From the sequence record SRR20825006_392: 40,746 nucleotides of DNA. The stretch is one strand, 5' to 3'. Shown here one piece after another: positions 18,552 to 28,061 of this stretch. The position numbers and the translations under genes were made by a program. A model generated the notes under the pieces. It was not told the origin of the DNA. It made no database searches and saw only the letters and a program-made list of their open reading frames with translations. Each line of letters starts with the position of its first letter. Position 1 is the first letter of the stretch.

Positions 18552-18677
18552 TTAGCCTTGACGAGCTTTGAAACGCTTGTTCACTTTGTTGATGATATAG
18601 ATGCGACCGCGACGGCGAACGACCTTATTGTCGCGATGCCGGGTGCGCAACGCTTTGATGGAATTTTTGATTTTCAT
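18552..18677 (-). CDS. rpmJ: 50S ribosomal protein L36 (Zn-ribbon-lacking, type B)
   Basis: Below the ORF-track cutoff; hand translation [41 protein letters not shown] (41 aa). Confidence 0.97.
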   Translation of the reverse strand: MKIKNSIKALRTRHRDNKVVRRRGRIYIINKVNKRFKARQG

Positions 18678-18737
18678 TCCGGTCACCCTTCACATTCATA
18701 AAAATAGGCGCCACCGGCGCCGAAATAAGTTGGCTGG

Positions 18738-18766
18738 AAACTATGAAGAAATTCTCCGCTTGTCAA
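18738..18766 (-). promoter_or_regulatory. Putative sigma70 promoter of rpmJ
   Basis: Minus strand TTGACA-17 bp-TAGTTT. Confidence 0.65.
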
Positions 18767-18830
18767 CGCTGAAATGCGTCAAAACCAAGAATCTCACACA
18801 TCTCCCGGTTAAATTTGTTCAATTTTGGTG

Positions 18831-18854
18831 GAGGGCACGACATATCGTGCCCTC
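18831..18854 (-). terminator. Stem-loop at the 3' end of the opp operon
   Basis: 10-bp perfect stem GAGGGCACGA/TCGTGCCCTC with a 4-nt loop, just after the oppDF stop; no clear U tract. Confidence 0.5.
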
Positions 18855-18861
18855 AATCGTG

Positions 18862-20700
18862 TTAAACGACCAACTTCTCAAGTTCGTCATGCTCGGCCAC
18901 ATAATGGCCCGGCTTAACTTCATCCAAACGTGGCACATAATCCAACTCATTGGCCGCAATTTTTGACGGCATAAAGCGCAAACGCGCCGTTGGATCCATA
19001 GGTGAAGGCAATTCACCCGGCAGCTTAATCCGCTCCCGTGCACGCTCAATTTTCGGGTCCGGAATCGGCACCGCAGAAATAAGCTGTTTTGTGTATGGAT
19101 GGCGCGGATCTTTATAGATCTCGTGCCGATCTGCCAACTCAACAATGCGACCGAGATAAAGCACCATAATCCGGTGAGAAATCTCGCGCACCACAGACAA
19201 ATCGTGAGAGATGAACAACAAAGACAGATCGAAATCTTCCTGCAAGTCCATCAACAGCTCGATAATTTGGGCCTGAATGGAAACGTCCAAAGCAGATACA
19301 GCTTCGTCACACACCACCAATTTCGGCTCCATAATCATCGCACGGGCAATGCCCACACGTTGGTTTTGGCCACCAGACAGCTCGTGCGGATAGCGGTTGA
19401 TCATTTGCTGCGGCAACCCCACACGTTCCATCATCTGAGCCACTTTCGCCTTCATGTCTTTGCGCGACATTTCAGGACGGAACGTTTGCAATGGCTCCAT
19501 AATGGAATCGGCAATGGTCATGCGCGGATCCAAGCTCGCCAAAGGATCTTGGAAAACAATCTGCAAATCTTTGCGTTTCTTGTTCAACTCTTTCCGGTTC
19601 AAACCAGAAAGCGGGCTGCCCAACCAGCTCACCGCACCCGCGGTAGGTGGGATAAGCTGCAAAACAGCGCGCGCCAAAGTGGATTTACCACAACCACTCT
19701 CGCCCACAATGCCCATTGTTTCGCCGGGACGAAGCGTAAAGCTCACCCCATCCACAGCCTTCAATGGCACCTTTTTGGGCCACAAGCCTTCTTGCACTTT
19801 AATGTCGAATTCAACCCGCACATCATCAACCGTTAGGAAGTTTTGATCGCGGCCTTTTTCGTCATATTCTTTCAGCTTACGGTTTGTTGCCTTATCCGGC
19901 TGGTCAATGCGCGGCATCGCATCCAACAGCATTTTTGTATATTCATGCTGCGGGTTGTAGAAGATTTCTTCAGCAGTGCCCTCTTCCACATAAACACCGT
20001 GCCGCATCACTTGAATACGATCACACATGCGCGCCACCACGCCCATATCGTGAGTGATCAACGCAATCGCTGTGTTGTTCTCACGCTTTAGCTCATCCAT
20101 AAGGTCGAGAATTTCGGCCTGCACCGTCACATCGAGCGCCGTTGTCGGCTCATCAGCGATCAGCAATTCAGGCTCACACAACATCGCCATCGCGATCATC
20201 ACACGTTGACGCATTCCGCCTGAAAGTTCGTGCGGATATTGATTGAGACGACGCTTCGCATCTGAGATACGCACGCGTTCCAACCACTCAAGGCTTTTCT
20301 TCGCCGCTGCATCACCACGCACACTGGTGTGCAATTCCAACACTTCCGTCATTTGATCCAAAACGGTCATATGCGGTGTAAGGCTGGTCAGCGGGTCTTG
20401 GAAAATCATGGTCATATGGCGACCACGAATTTTGTTCAATTCACGCACAGACATACCCAAAATTTGGGTATCGTGGAAATTGACTTCGCCTGTCGCATGG
20501 CCATTGTTAGCCAAAAGCCCCATGGCGGTCATAAAGGTTTGGCTTTTGCCAGAACCAGATTCCCCCACAATACCGAGACATTCGCCCCGGTTAATGTGAA
20601 GATTAACGCCCCGAACCGCATCAACACGGCCATCAGGGGTCTCAAATGAAACATTGAGGTCTTTGACCTGCAATACTGAGCTGTTTTTCATATCACTCAT
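18862..20700 (-). CDS. Oligopeptide ABC transporter ATP-binding protein, fused OppD-OppF
   Basis: Two Walker A motifs (GESGSGKS, GESGCGKS), two YPHELSGG signatures, DEPTTALD and DEAVSALD. Confidence 0.95.
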   Translation of the reverse strand: MSDMKNSSVLQVKDLNVSFETPDGRVDAVRGVNLHINRGECLGIVGESGSGKSQTFMTAMGLLANNGHATGEVNFHDTQILGMSVRELNKIRGRHMTMIFQDPLTSLTPHMTVLDQMTEVLELHTSVRGDAAAKKSLEWLERVRISDAKRRLNQYPHELSGGMRQRVMIAMAMLCEPELLIADEPTTALDVTVQAEILDLMDELKRENNTAIALITHDMGVVARMCDRIQVMRHGVYVEEGTAEEIFYNPQHEYTKMLLDAMPRIDQPDKATNRKLKEYDEKGRDQNFLTVDDVRVEFDIKVQEGLWPKKVPLKAVDGVSFTLRPGETMGIVGESGCGKSTLARAVLQLIPPTAGAVSWLGSPLSGLNRKELNKKRKDLQIVFQDPLASLDPRMTIADSIMEPLQTFRPEMSRKDMKAKVAQMMERVGLPQQMINRYPHELSGGQNQRVGIARAMIMEPKLVVCDEAVSALDVSIQAQIIELLMDLQEDFDLSLLFISHDLSVVREISHRIMVLYLGRIVELADRHEIYKDPRHPYTKQLISAVPIPDPKIERARERIKLPGELPSPMDPTARLRFMPSKIAANELDYVPRLDEVKPGHYVAEHDELEKLVV

Positions 20701-20804
20701 GCTGTTTCCCCCTTATTGGCGGTCATTTCATTGTTTTGGTGCTTAGTGCCCATTGCGCATGTTTCCACGCACAAAGACACAGCATTCAAATTAATCTTGC
20801 TCAT
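20697..20804 (-). CDS. Putative 35-aa small protein inside the opp operon
   Basis: GAGGGAG SD, then ATG; MSKINLNAVSLCVETCAMGTKHQNNEMTANKGETA; its TGA overlaps the oppDF ATG (ATGA). Confidence 0.45.
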   Translation of the reverse strand: MSKINLNAVSLCVETCAMGTKHQNNEMTANKGETA

Positions 20805-20821
20805 TTGACTCTCCCTCAAAC

Positions 20822-21751
20822 CTAGCGGTCTTTCGGGTCAAACGCGTCGCGCAACCCATCGCCGATGAAGAAGAAACAGAACAAGCCAACAATGAAGAAG
20901 GCCAAAGGAAACGCCAATTGCCAGATCACACCATATTGCATGGTCTTCGCGCCCTCATTAATCAAAGCGCCCCAAGACGTCATTGGCTCTTGAACACCAA
21001 GGCCAAGGAACGAAATAAAGCTCTCTGTCAGAATGAGTTGCGGCACCAACAATGAGGCATAAACAATAACCACGCCAAGCAGGTTTGGCACAATGTGACG
21101 CATAATGATGGTGAAGCTGCCAACACCAGAGGCAACCGCCGCTTCGATGAATTCCTTGTTCTTAATAGACAAGGTTTGCCCGCGCACAATACGCGCCATA
21201 TCCATCCAAGCGAACAGCCCGATGCCCACAAACAACATTTGCAATGAGCGGCCAAAAACCACCAACAACAAGATCAACACAAACATGTAAGGCACAGACA
21301 AAAGCAGATCGACAATCCGCATCAACACATTGTCCAGCGTGCCACCAACATAGCCAGAGATCGCGCCGTAAAGTGTACCAACGATCACAGCAACTGCCGC
21401 GCCGAGGAAGCCAACCGTAAGCGAGATTTGAGTGCCTTGCATGGTCCGCGCGAAAATATCACGCCCCAAATCGTCCGTGCCAAAATAGTGGCCTGTTTCG
21501 ATTGACGGGTAGCCCATTGTGGCCGCATTGCCCATTACACCCCAGTCAATTGTTTCATAGTCCCATGGGGAAAACATCGGCCCCACAAACGACAGGAGTG
21601 TGATGAAGATCAACACAAACACGCTCACAAGCGCTGCTTTGTTACGCACAAAGCGTGAAATCGCGTCCTGCCAAAGCGAACGCCCCTTAACCGCTTGCTG
21701 TTCGACAATATTTTCAGCGAGCGTTTCCATTTTTGAACTTTTAGCAATCAT
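20822..21751 (-). CDS. oppC: Oligopeptide ABC transporter permease OppC
   Basis: GRSLWQDA..NKAA, FGTDDLGRD, ARIVRGQTLSIKNKEFIEAA, GDGLRDAFDPK. Confidence 0.95.
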   Translation of the reverse strand: MIAKSSKMETLAENIVEQQAVKGRSLWQDAISRFVRNKAALVSVFVLIFITLLSFVGPMFSPWDYETIDWGVMGNAATMGYPSIETGHYFGTDDLGRDIFARTMQGTQISLTVGFLGAAVAVIVGTLYGAISGYVGGTLDNVLMRIVDLLLSVPYMFVLILLLVVFGRSLQMLFVGIGLFAWMDMARIVRGQTLSIKNKEFIEAAVASGVGSFTIIMRHIVPNLLGVVIVYASLLVPQLILTESFISFLGLGVQEPMTSWGALINEGAKTMQYGVIWQLAFPLAFFIVGLFCFFFIGDGLRDAFDPKDR

Positions 21752-21762
21752 GGTTCGCCCTC

Positions 21763-22689
21763 CTATGACAACCGAATGCGTGGATCGATCCAGGCATAGA
21801 CAATGTCGACAACGGTGTTAAATGTGATGGTCAGAACACCAATCAAAATGGTGATCCCCATCATCACTGAATAGTCGCGGTTAAATGCAGAGTTCACGAA
21901 ATACTGCCCCATGCCGCCGGTGCTGAAATACATATCAACCACCACAGAACCAGTGATCATGCCAACAAAGGCAGGCCCCAAATAGGAGATAACTGGCATC
22001 AAAGCGGGCTTAAGCGCGTGCTTCAAAATCACATTACGCTCAGACAAGCCTTTGGCCTTCGCTGTGCGAATAAAGTTTGAGTTCAGCACTTCCAACATTG
22101 ACGACCGCGCCAAGCGGGCAATGTTTGCCATATAGCTTGTTGAAAGCGCGATAACCGGCATGATGACATATTCAATCTGGCCGCCGTTCCAGCCCCCACC
22201 GGGTAGCCAACGTAGCCACAAGGTGAAGATCAAAACCAAGATAGGCGCCATAACAAAGTTTGGCAGCACCTGCGCACCAATTGACACACCAACTGCGGCA
22301 TAATCTGCTGTTGTGTTGTGGCGGATGGCGGCAACAATGCCCAAGCTCAAACCAACAATGATCGCGAAAATGAAAGACCAAATCCCGTAAGTCAGCGTAA
22401 CTGGGAAACCTTGGCTGATAATGTCATTAACCGATCTATCTCTATATTTAAACGATGGACCAAAATCGAAATTGGTCACAACATTCCAAATATAGTTCCA
22501 AATCTGAACTGCTAGAGGATCATTCAAGCCGTAACGTGCTTCGATGTTTTTCAGCACTTCAGGCGGCAAAGCCCGCTCTGTTGTGAACGGCCCACCTGGT
22601 GCCGCATACATCAGCAAGAATGAAGCGATAATCAAAATCAACAATGTGGGCACAGCATACGCCACACGTCGAACAATAAAACTGAACAT
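21763..22689 (-). CDS. oppB: Oligopeptide ABC transporter permease OppB
   Basis: APGGPFTTER, FDFGPSF, RSSMLEVLNSNFIRTAKAKGL, NRDYSVMMG, IDPRI; start at MFSFIVRR. Confidence 0.95.
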   Translation of the reverse strand: MFSFIVRRVAYAVPTLLILIIASFLLMYAAPGGPFTTERALPPEVLKNIEARYGLNDPLAVQIWNYIWNVVTNFDFGPSFKYRDRSVNDIISQGFPVTLTYGIWSFIFAIIVGLSLGIVAAIRHNTTADYAAVGVSIGAQVLPNFVMAPILVLIFTLWLRWLPGGGWNGGQIEYVIMPVIALSTSYMANIARLARSSMLEVLNSNFIRTAKAKGLSERNVILKHALKPALMPVISYLGPAFVGMITGSVVVDMYFSTGGMGQYFVNSAFNRDYSVMMGITILIGVLTITFNTVVDIVYAWIDPRIRLS

Positions 22690-22832
22690 TTTTGTAAAAC
22701 CCTGCTTCCCTAAATGTGGGTTCTTTTTCTGCGGCAAAGCCCCCTTCGGCGTTGCGGCAAGAACCTTCACATCCTCTTCTTTAGTTTTCTTTGTGCTGCA
22801 TAACCCCCGATATACAGCGAAAACCAAAGAGA

Positions 22833-22864
22833 CATCGCGCGAAACCTGTTGGCTTCGCGCGATG
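22833..22864 (-). terminator. Intercistronic hairpin after oppA (partial terminator or mRNA stabiliser)
   Basis: 11-bp perfect stem CATCGCGCGAA/TTCGCGCGATG followed on the minus strand by TCTCTTTGGTTTT. Confidence 0.7.
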
Positions 22865-22873
22865 CTTAAATTG

Positions 22874-24505
22874 TTATTCAGCTACCTTATAAAGGTCACG
22901 GCTGTACCAATTTTGCTCAACGTTCTCAACAGGCCAACCTTTGAGGTTTTCCTTGAGCATCAAGTTACCAGTGTAGTGGTAAATTGGGATGATTGGCATT
23001 TCGTCAGCAATGATTTCTTCAACGCGTGTGTAGTTTGCACTTGCGTCGCTAGAAGTCTTCGCATCAACCATCAACTGGTCAACTTCAGCATTTGAGTACT
23101 TGCCATCGTTGTAGCCAGAAGGTGTGGTTACGAGATCCAAGAATGTTGAAGCTTCGTTGTAGTCACCGCACCATGCGCCACGTGCCAATTCAAAGTCTTG
23201 GTTACCACGTGTTTCAAGGAATGTTTTCCACTCCATGTTAGCAAGTGTAGCTTCAACGCCCAACTTCTGCTTCCACATTTGAGACATCGCAACAGCGATT
23301 TTCTTGTGTGCTTCAGAAGTGTTGTAAAGCATATCGAACTTCAATGGGTTGTCTGCGCCGTAACCAGCTTCAGCCATCAGTTCTTTCGCTTTCGCGTCAC
23401 GCTCTTCCTGTGTCATTTGACCAAATGCTACATCAGGAACTTCAAAGCCTGCTGTTGCGCCTGGTGTAAATGTGTAAGCTTGGTACTGACCAGCTTGCAG
23501 GATGTTGTCAGTGATCACTTTACGATCAACTGCATAAGACAACGCTTGACGAACACGCTGATCTTTAAAGGCTTCTGGGCCTTTATCAGACATGTTGAAG
23601 GTGTAGTAGTAAGAGCAAAGACGTGGGAACACAGTTGCTTCATTTGGCAACTCTTTGCTCAACGCAGGGTACTGACCAGAAGGAATTTCTGTACGGTCAA
23701 GTTCGCCAGCGCGGTAGCGTGTCAAAGCAACGTTTTCGTCATTGATCACCAATGTCACAACCTTATCCAAGATTGTTTTGTCATTGTTCCAATACATTTC
23801 GTTGCGTTCACGTGTTGTACGCTCGTTCAACACCCACTCAGTCAACTTGTATGCGCCGTTAGAAACCATGTTCTCTGGGCGTGTCCACTGGTCACCATGC
23901 TCATCGATGGTTGCTTTGTGAACTGGGAAAGTTGTTGCGTGTGTGGTCATCGCTGCGAAATATGGCAACGCTGAAGTCAAGGTCACTTTAAATGTGTGAT
24001 CATCAACAGCTTCAACACCCAACTCAGATGGGTCTTTGTCGCCTGCGATAATTTCAGCAGCATTTTCAATAGACATCAACTCAACGAACCAAGAATATGG
24101 TGACGCAGTTGCAGGGTCTGCTGCGCGCTGCCAAGCGTAAACGAAGTCACCAGCAGTTACTGGATCGCCGTTTGACCATTTTGCATCGTCGCGCAACTTA
24201 AATGTGTAAACTGTGTTGTCGTCGTTTGCTTCCCAGCTTTCAGCAACACCTGGGATCAGGTTGCCTTTAGCGTCTTGGTTCAACAAGCCTTCAAACAAGT
24301 CACGAAGAATATCTGAACCAGATACGTCTTCGTTCAATTGTGGGTCAAGTGTTGGGATACCATCGAGCAAACGATAAGTGAATGTTTGATCCTCTGCCAG
24401 CTTTTCGCCAGTCTCTGGATGCATTTTGTCCGCATAGGCGCCAGATGTCAGCGCAGCAACGATTGCTGTGGCAGACGCCAGTTTGAACATTGTGGTAAAC
24501 TTCAT
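22874..24505 (-). CDS. oppA: Oligopeptide ABC transporter periplasmic binding protein OppA
   Basis: Signal peptide, TLDPQ, DLFEGL, PGVAESW, AKWSNGDPVTAGDFVYAWQR, VSNGAYKL, ARGAWCGDYNEASTFL. Confidence 0.95.
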   Translation of the reverse strand: MKFTTMFKLASATAIVAALTSGAYADKMHPETGEKLAEDQTFTYRLLDGIPTLDPQLNEDVSGSDILRDLFEGLLNQDAKGNLIPGVAESWEANDDNTVYTFKLRDDAKWSNGDPVTAGDFVYAWQRAADPATASPYSWFVELMSIENAAEIIAGDKDPSELGVEAVDDHTFKVTLTSALPYFAAMTTHATTFPVHKATIDEHGDQWTRPENMVSNGAYKLTEWVLNERTTRERNEMYWNNDKTILDKVVTLVINDENVALTRYRAGELDRTEIPSGQYPALSKELPNEATVFPRLCSYYYTFNMSDKGPEAFKDQRVRQALSYAVDRKVITDNILQAGQYQAYTFTPGATAGFEVPDVAFGQMTQEERDAKAKELMAEAGYGADNPLKFDMLYNTSEAHKKIAVAMSQMWKQKLGVEATLANMEWKTFLETRGNQDFELARGAWCGDYNEASTFLDLVTTPSGYNDGKYSNAEVDQLMVDAKTSSDASANYTRVEEIIADEMPIIPIYHYTGNLMLKENLKGWPVENVEQNWYSRDLYKVAE

Positions 24506-24572
24506 AAAACTACTCTCCCTAGTAGACGTTTCCCTGTCGGTCTCGCTTTATTTAGCCGCCGACTTAAATAAA

Positions 24573-24593
24573 ACAGTTACAAATTGCAACTGT
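24573..24593. promoter_or_regulatory. Near-palindromic putative operator upstream of oppA
   Basis: ACAGTTACAAATTGCAACTGT; 9 of 10 arm positions are complementary. Confidence 0.45.
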
Positions 24594-24774
24594 CAGACAA
24601 TCACCGTAACGCTCTCTTAAACCTTTTGGCAAGCGTAGAATCGAGCCCGTTTCGAAAAAATTGAGGGAAAAACCCCTATTTTCTCTGTACAATTCAACTT
24701 TATTCCAATTGGTAATATAGCCATGCGATACGATGAATTGGGATTTCACCCCAATTCTCAATAAAAATAAACCC

Positions 24775-26058
24775 TTAATTTCGCTCAACAATAGCGGCAA
24801 CACCCTGTCCGCCCGCTGTACACACAGAAATTAAGGCCCGATTTTTCTTTTCACGTTCAAGCAAATTGACCGTCGCCCCAAGGATTCGGGCGCCTGTCGC
24901 CGCAAATGGGTGACCATATGCCACGCTCGACCCGGTGAGATTAACCTTGTTCAGATCAATTTTCCCCAGTGGTTTATCCCGACCCAAAACCTGTTTGTTG
25001 TAGGCCTTATCTGCAAAAGCCTTCACGGTGCACAAAAGCACCGCCGCAAAAGCCTCGTGAATTTCAAACAGATCAATATCGGCAAAGCTCAATTCTTCGC
25101 GTGCCAACATGTTGGAAACCGCAATGGTCGGCGCCATCAATAGCCCGTCGCCGTGGGCAAAATCATTGGCGCTCACTGCGCCTGTGCGCAAATAGCCCAA
25201 AATCGGCAAGCCGCGCTCCTTTGCCCACTCTTCACTTGCCAACAACACCGAAGCAGCGCCATCAGTCAATGGCGTGGAATTCGCCGCAGTCAACGTACCG
25301 TGGCCAGACTTCCGATCAAAGCTTGGCTTTAAACTGGCCATCTTTTCCATTGTGCTGTCTGCACGCACATTATTGTCGCGCACAATGCCTGCATGCGGCA
25401 CGATCAAATCATCATGAAAACCATCTTCATAGGCTTGGGCCGCTTTTTTGTGCGAACCAAGCGCCCATTCATCCTGCTCTTCGCGGGTGAGCTCCCACTC
25501 GCGCGCCATCAACTCGCAATGCTGCCCCATGGAAAGGCCTGTGCGCGGCTCCGCAGTAGACGGCGCGTTTGGCATCACTTCGCCAAAGCTAAAGCCTTTA
25601 AACACACCAAGCTTTTGCCCAATGGTTTTTGTGCGACTTAAATTGATCATGCGCTTGGAGAATTTCGGCCCAAATACGATCGGGCTGTCGCTCACGCTGT
25701 CCGCACCACAAGCAATGCCGCTTTCAATCTCACCACTGGCGATTTTACCCGCGATCAGCAACGCTGCCTGCAATGATGTGCCACATGCAATTTGCACGGT
25801 CGTACCCGGCGTTGAAGGCGCCAAACCCGCATTCAGCGTCGCTTCCCGCGCAATGTTAAAATCGCGACTGTGATTAAGCACAACGCCGCCCATCACCTCA
25901 TCAATATGAGTGTCTTTAAGCTTATACTTGTCCACCAGCCCTTTAAGGGCACCTGTCATCATCGACAAGTTGGTTTCATCACGGTAGCCCGTATGCGCCC
26001 GGCAAAAAGGAATACGGGCACTGCCAACAATTGCGACACGCTTAAGTGTTTTTGTCAT
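24775..26058 (-). CDS. Acetyl-CoA C-acyltransferase (thiolase, FadI-like)
   Basis: IACGTS catalytic Cys, NSTPLTDGAA, EIHEAFA, GHPFAATG, SVCTAGGQG. Confidence 0.92.
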   Translation of the reverse strand: MTKTLKRVAIVGSARIPFCRAHTGYRDETNLSMMTGALKGLVDKYKLKDTHIDEVMGGVVLNHSRDFNIAREATLNAGLAPSTPGTTVQIACGTSLQAALLIAGKIASGEIESGIACGADSVSDSPIVFGPKFSKRMINLSRTKTIGQKLGVFKGFSFGEVMPNAPSTAEPRTGLSMGQHCELMAREWELTREEQDEWALGSHKKAAQAYEDGFHDDLIVPHAGIVRDNNVRADSTMEKMASLKPSFDRKSGHGTLTAANSTPLTDGAASVLLASEEWAKERGLPILGYLRTGAVSANDFAHGDGLLMAPTIAVSNMLAREELSFADIDLFEIHEAFAAVLLCTVKAFADKAYNKQVLGRDKPLGKIDLNKVNLTGSSVAYGHPFAATGARILGATVNLLEREKKNRALISVCTAGGQGVAAIVERN

Positions 26059-26075
26059 AATCCCAAATCCCTATC

Positions 26076-28058
26076 TTATGCTTTGCCATCGCGGCGCGCT
26101 TTAAGCGGTCCGCCGAGGAACGGTGCAAATCCAGTGCCGAAGATCACGCCGATATCCGCCATGTCAGCATCGGCCACAATCCCTTCTTTCACACACACTT
26201 CGCACTCATCCACCAAAGGCTGAACCAAATCGCGGCCCAAGCCTTCAAGATTGGCGTGTGGGGCGGCATCACCTTTTTGCGCTTTGCCATCTTCCCATTT
26301 GTAAAAGCCTTGGCCAGTTTTACGACCCAAATGACCTTTGGCGACAAGATCAGCAAATTTGCCGCCCTCTTTCACCTCTTGGCCGAGCTCTTCCGCAACG
26401 GCTTTACCCACGTCAAGGCCAACAACATCCATCAATTCAATGGGGCCCATTGGCATACCAAACGCTACAGCAGCCTTGTCGATCTGCTCAGCATTTTCGC
26501 CATTCTCAACCCGCATCACGGCTTGCAGCATATAAGGCATCAACACACGGTTGACCAAAAAGCCTTTTTCGCTTTTCACAACCACTGGGCTTTTGGAAAT
26601 AGCCGTACAAAAGCTCGCGCCCATGCGCACCTGCGCATCTGTGTTTTTCGCTTGCTTGATCACCTCAACCAGCGGCAACTGCGCCACCGGGTTAAAGAAA
26701 TGCAAGCCGATCAAACGCTTTGGCTGCTTCAATGCAGATGCAATGTCTTCTAACGGAATAGAAGAGGTATTGGTCGCCATGATGGCGTCTTTTTTCATCT
26801 TCGGCTCAAGCTCTGCAAACAGCTTCTGCTTGATCTCCAAATTCTCAACAATAGCTTCAATCACCACATCGGCACGGGCCACGCCCTTGCCCTCGGGATC
26901 TGCCACCAAGCGAGAAACCGCAGCGTCCACCGCTTGTGATTTTTTCAAACGTTTTTGGAATAGTTTTTTCGCGCGCTTCAATGCTGGCGTAATGCGCTCC
27001 ATATCCAAATCTTGCAGGGTAACTTCCATGCCGCGCAAGGCACACCATGCTGCAATATCGCCACCCATCACACCAGCACCGACAACATGCACCCGGCGGA
27101 AAGTTGGCTTTTCACCCTTAACGCCTTGCGCCTTCAATCCTTCTGACAAGAAGAAAACGCGCCGCAAATTCTCAGCAGTGTCGCTAGCCATCAGTTCTGG
27201 AAAATGTTCAATCTCCGCCTTGATAAAGGCCTTCGGGTCATCCCCATATTTTTCATAGAGATCGATCAATTTGTGCGGCGCAGGATAATGCTTGGGGTTA
27301 GCTTTCTTTTTGGTCTGCTCCCGCATTTTATTGGCAGTGTAACCCCGCAACGGCCCCATAGCCATCACACGTTTGGTAAATGAAGCAGGCTTTGCACGCT
27401 GACGCTGCATCACAGCCTTACGTCCGGCCCAGCGCAGCTGGTCGCGATGGGTCACCAGCTTGTCGACAAGGCCCAGGCCTTTGGCTTGGCTGGCGCGATA
27501 AAATTTACCTGTCAGCATCGCCGTCATCGCCGCGATTGGACCGGCCTGCCGGATCGAGCGGCCGGTGCCGCCAAACCCAGGAAAGATACCCAGTTTGACC
27601 TCAGGGAACCCAAGCTTGGTCCCATCATCATTGACGGCAATGCGATAGTGACACGCCAAAGCAAGCTCTAAACCACCACCAAGGCAGAACCCGTGAATCC
27701 CGGCCACAACCGGAATAGAAAGATTTTCAATCTTGTTGAAAATCGCATGAGTGCGCTCCAGAGCCGCAGGCAGAATAGATGGATCGCTCATCTCATCAAA
27801 TTCGCGCACATCTGCGCCAGCAATAAAGCCATTATCTTTAGCAGACAGCAACACCACACCCGCCAGCTCACCAGACGCGGCCAAGTCTTCAAACCGCAGC
27901 ACCAGCTTTTCAAGCTCTTCAATGCAGTCACGGCCCAAAACATTCACTGGTGATTTTGGCGTATCAATGGTGAGCCAGCCAATCTGCTCCACATCAATCT
28001 CAAAGTGCCAATATTTTAATGTTGGCATTTTCGGTTGTGCCACTGTGTTCGCTCCCAT
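26076..28058 (-). CDS. Fatty acid oxidation complex alpha subunit (enoyl-CoA hydratase / 3-hydroxyacyl-CoA dehydrogenase, FadJ-like)
   Basis: FIAGAD, GGGLELALACHYR, PEVKLGIFPG, VGAGVMGGDIA, ATNTSS, GLHFFNPV, PMGPIEL. Confidence 0.93.
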   Translation of the reverse strand: MGANTVAQPKMPTLKYWHFEIDVEQIGWLTIDTPKSPVNVLGRDCIEELEKLVLRFEDLAASGELAGVVLLSAKDNGFIAGADVREFDEMSDPSILPAALERTHAIFNKIENLSIPVVAGIHGFCLGGGLELALACHYRIAVNDDGTKLGFPEVKLGIFPGFGGTGRSIRQAGPIAAMTAMLTGKFYRASQAKGLGLVDKLVTHRDQLRWAGRKAVMQRQRAKPASFTKRVMAMGPLRGYTANKMREQTKKKANPKHYPAPHKLIDLYEKYGDDPKAFIKAEIEHFPELMASDTAENLRRVFFLSEGLKAQGVKGEKPTFRRVHVVGAGVMGGDIAAWCALRGMEVTLQDLDMERITPALKRAKKLFQKRLKKSQAVDAAVSRLVADPEGKGVARADVVIEAIVENLEIKQKLFAELEPKMKKDAIMATNTSSIPLEDIASALKQPKRLIGLHFFNPVAQLPLVEVIKQAKNTDAQVRMGASFCTAISKSPVVVKSEKGFLVNRVLMPYMLQAVMRVENGENAEQIDKAAVAFGMPMGPIELMDVVGLDVGKAVAEELGQEVKEGGKFADLVAKGHLGRKTGQGFYKWEDGKAQKGDAAPHANLEGLGRDLVQPLVDECEVCVKEGIVADADMADIGVIFGTGFAPFLGGPLKARRDGKA

Positions 28059-28061
28059 TTA

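Noticed and set aside
18552..18677. Cys-free L36 as a sign of a zinc-starvation (Zur) ribosomal paralog
   Set aside because: The Zn-ribbon-lacking form is the normal L36 in alphaproteobacteria; it has a plain sigma70-like promoter and I saw no Zur-like box
22690..22827. 46-aa N-terminal extension of OppB in the ORF track
   Set aside because: OppB homology and the paralog's length indicate a start at ATG 22689; the extension begins at a TTG next to the intergenic hairpin
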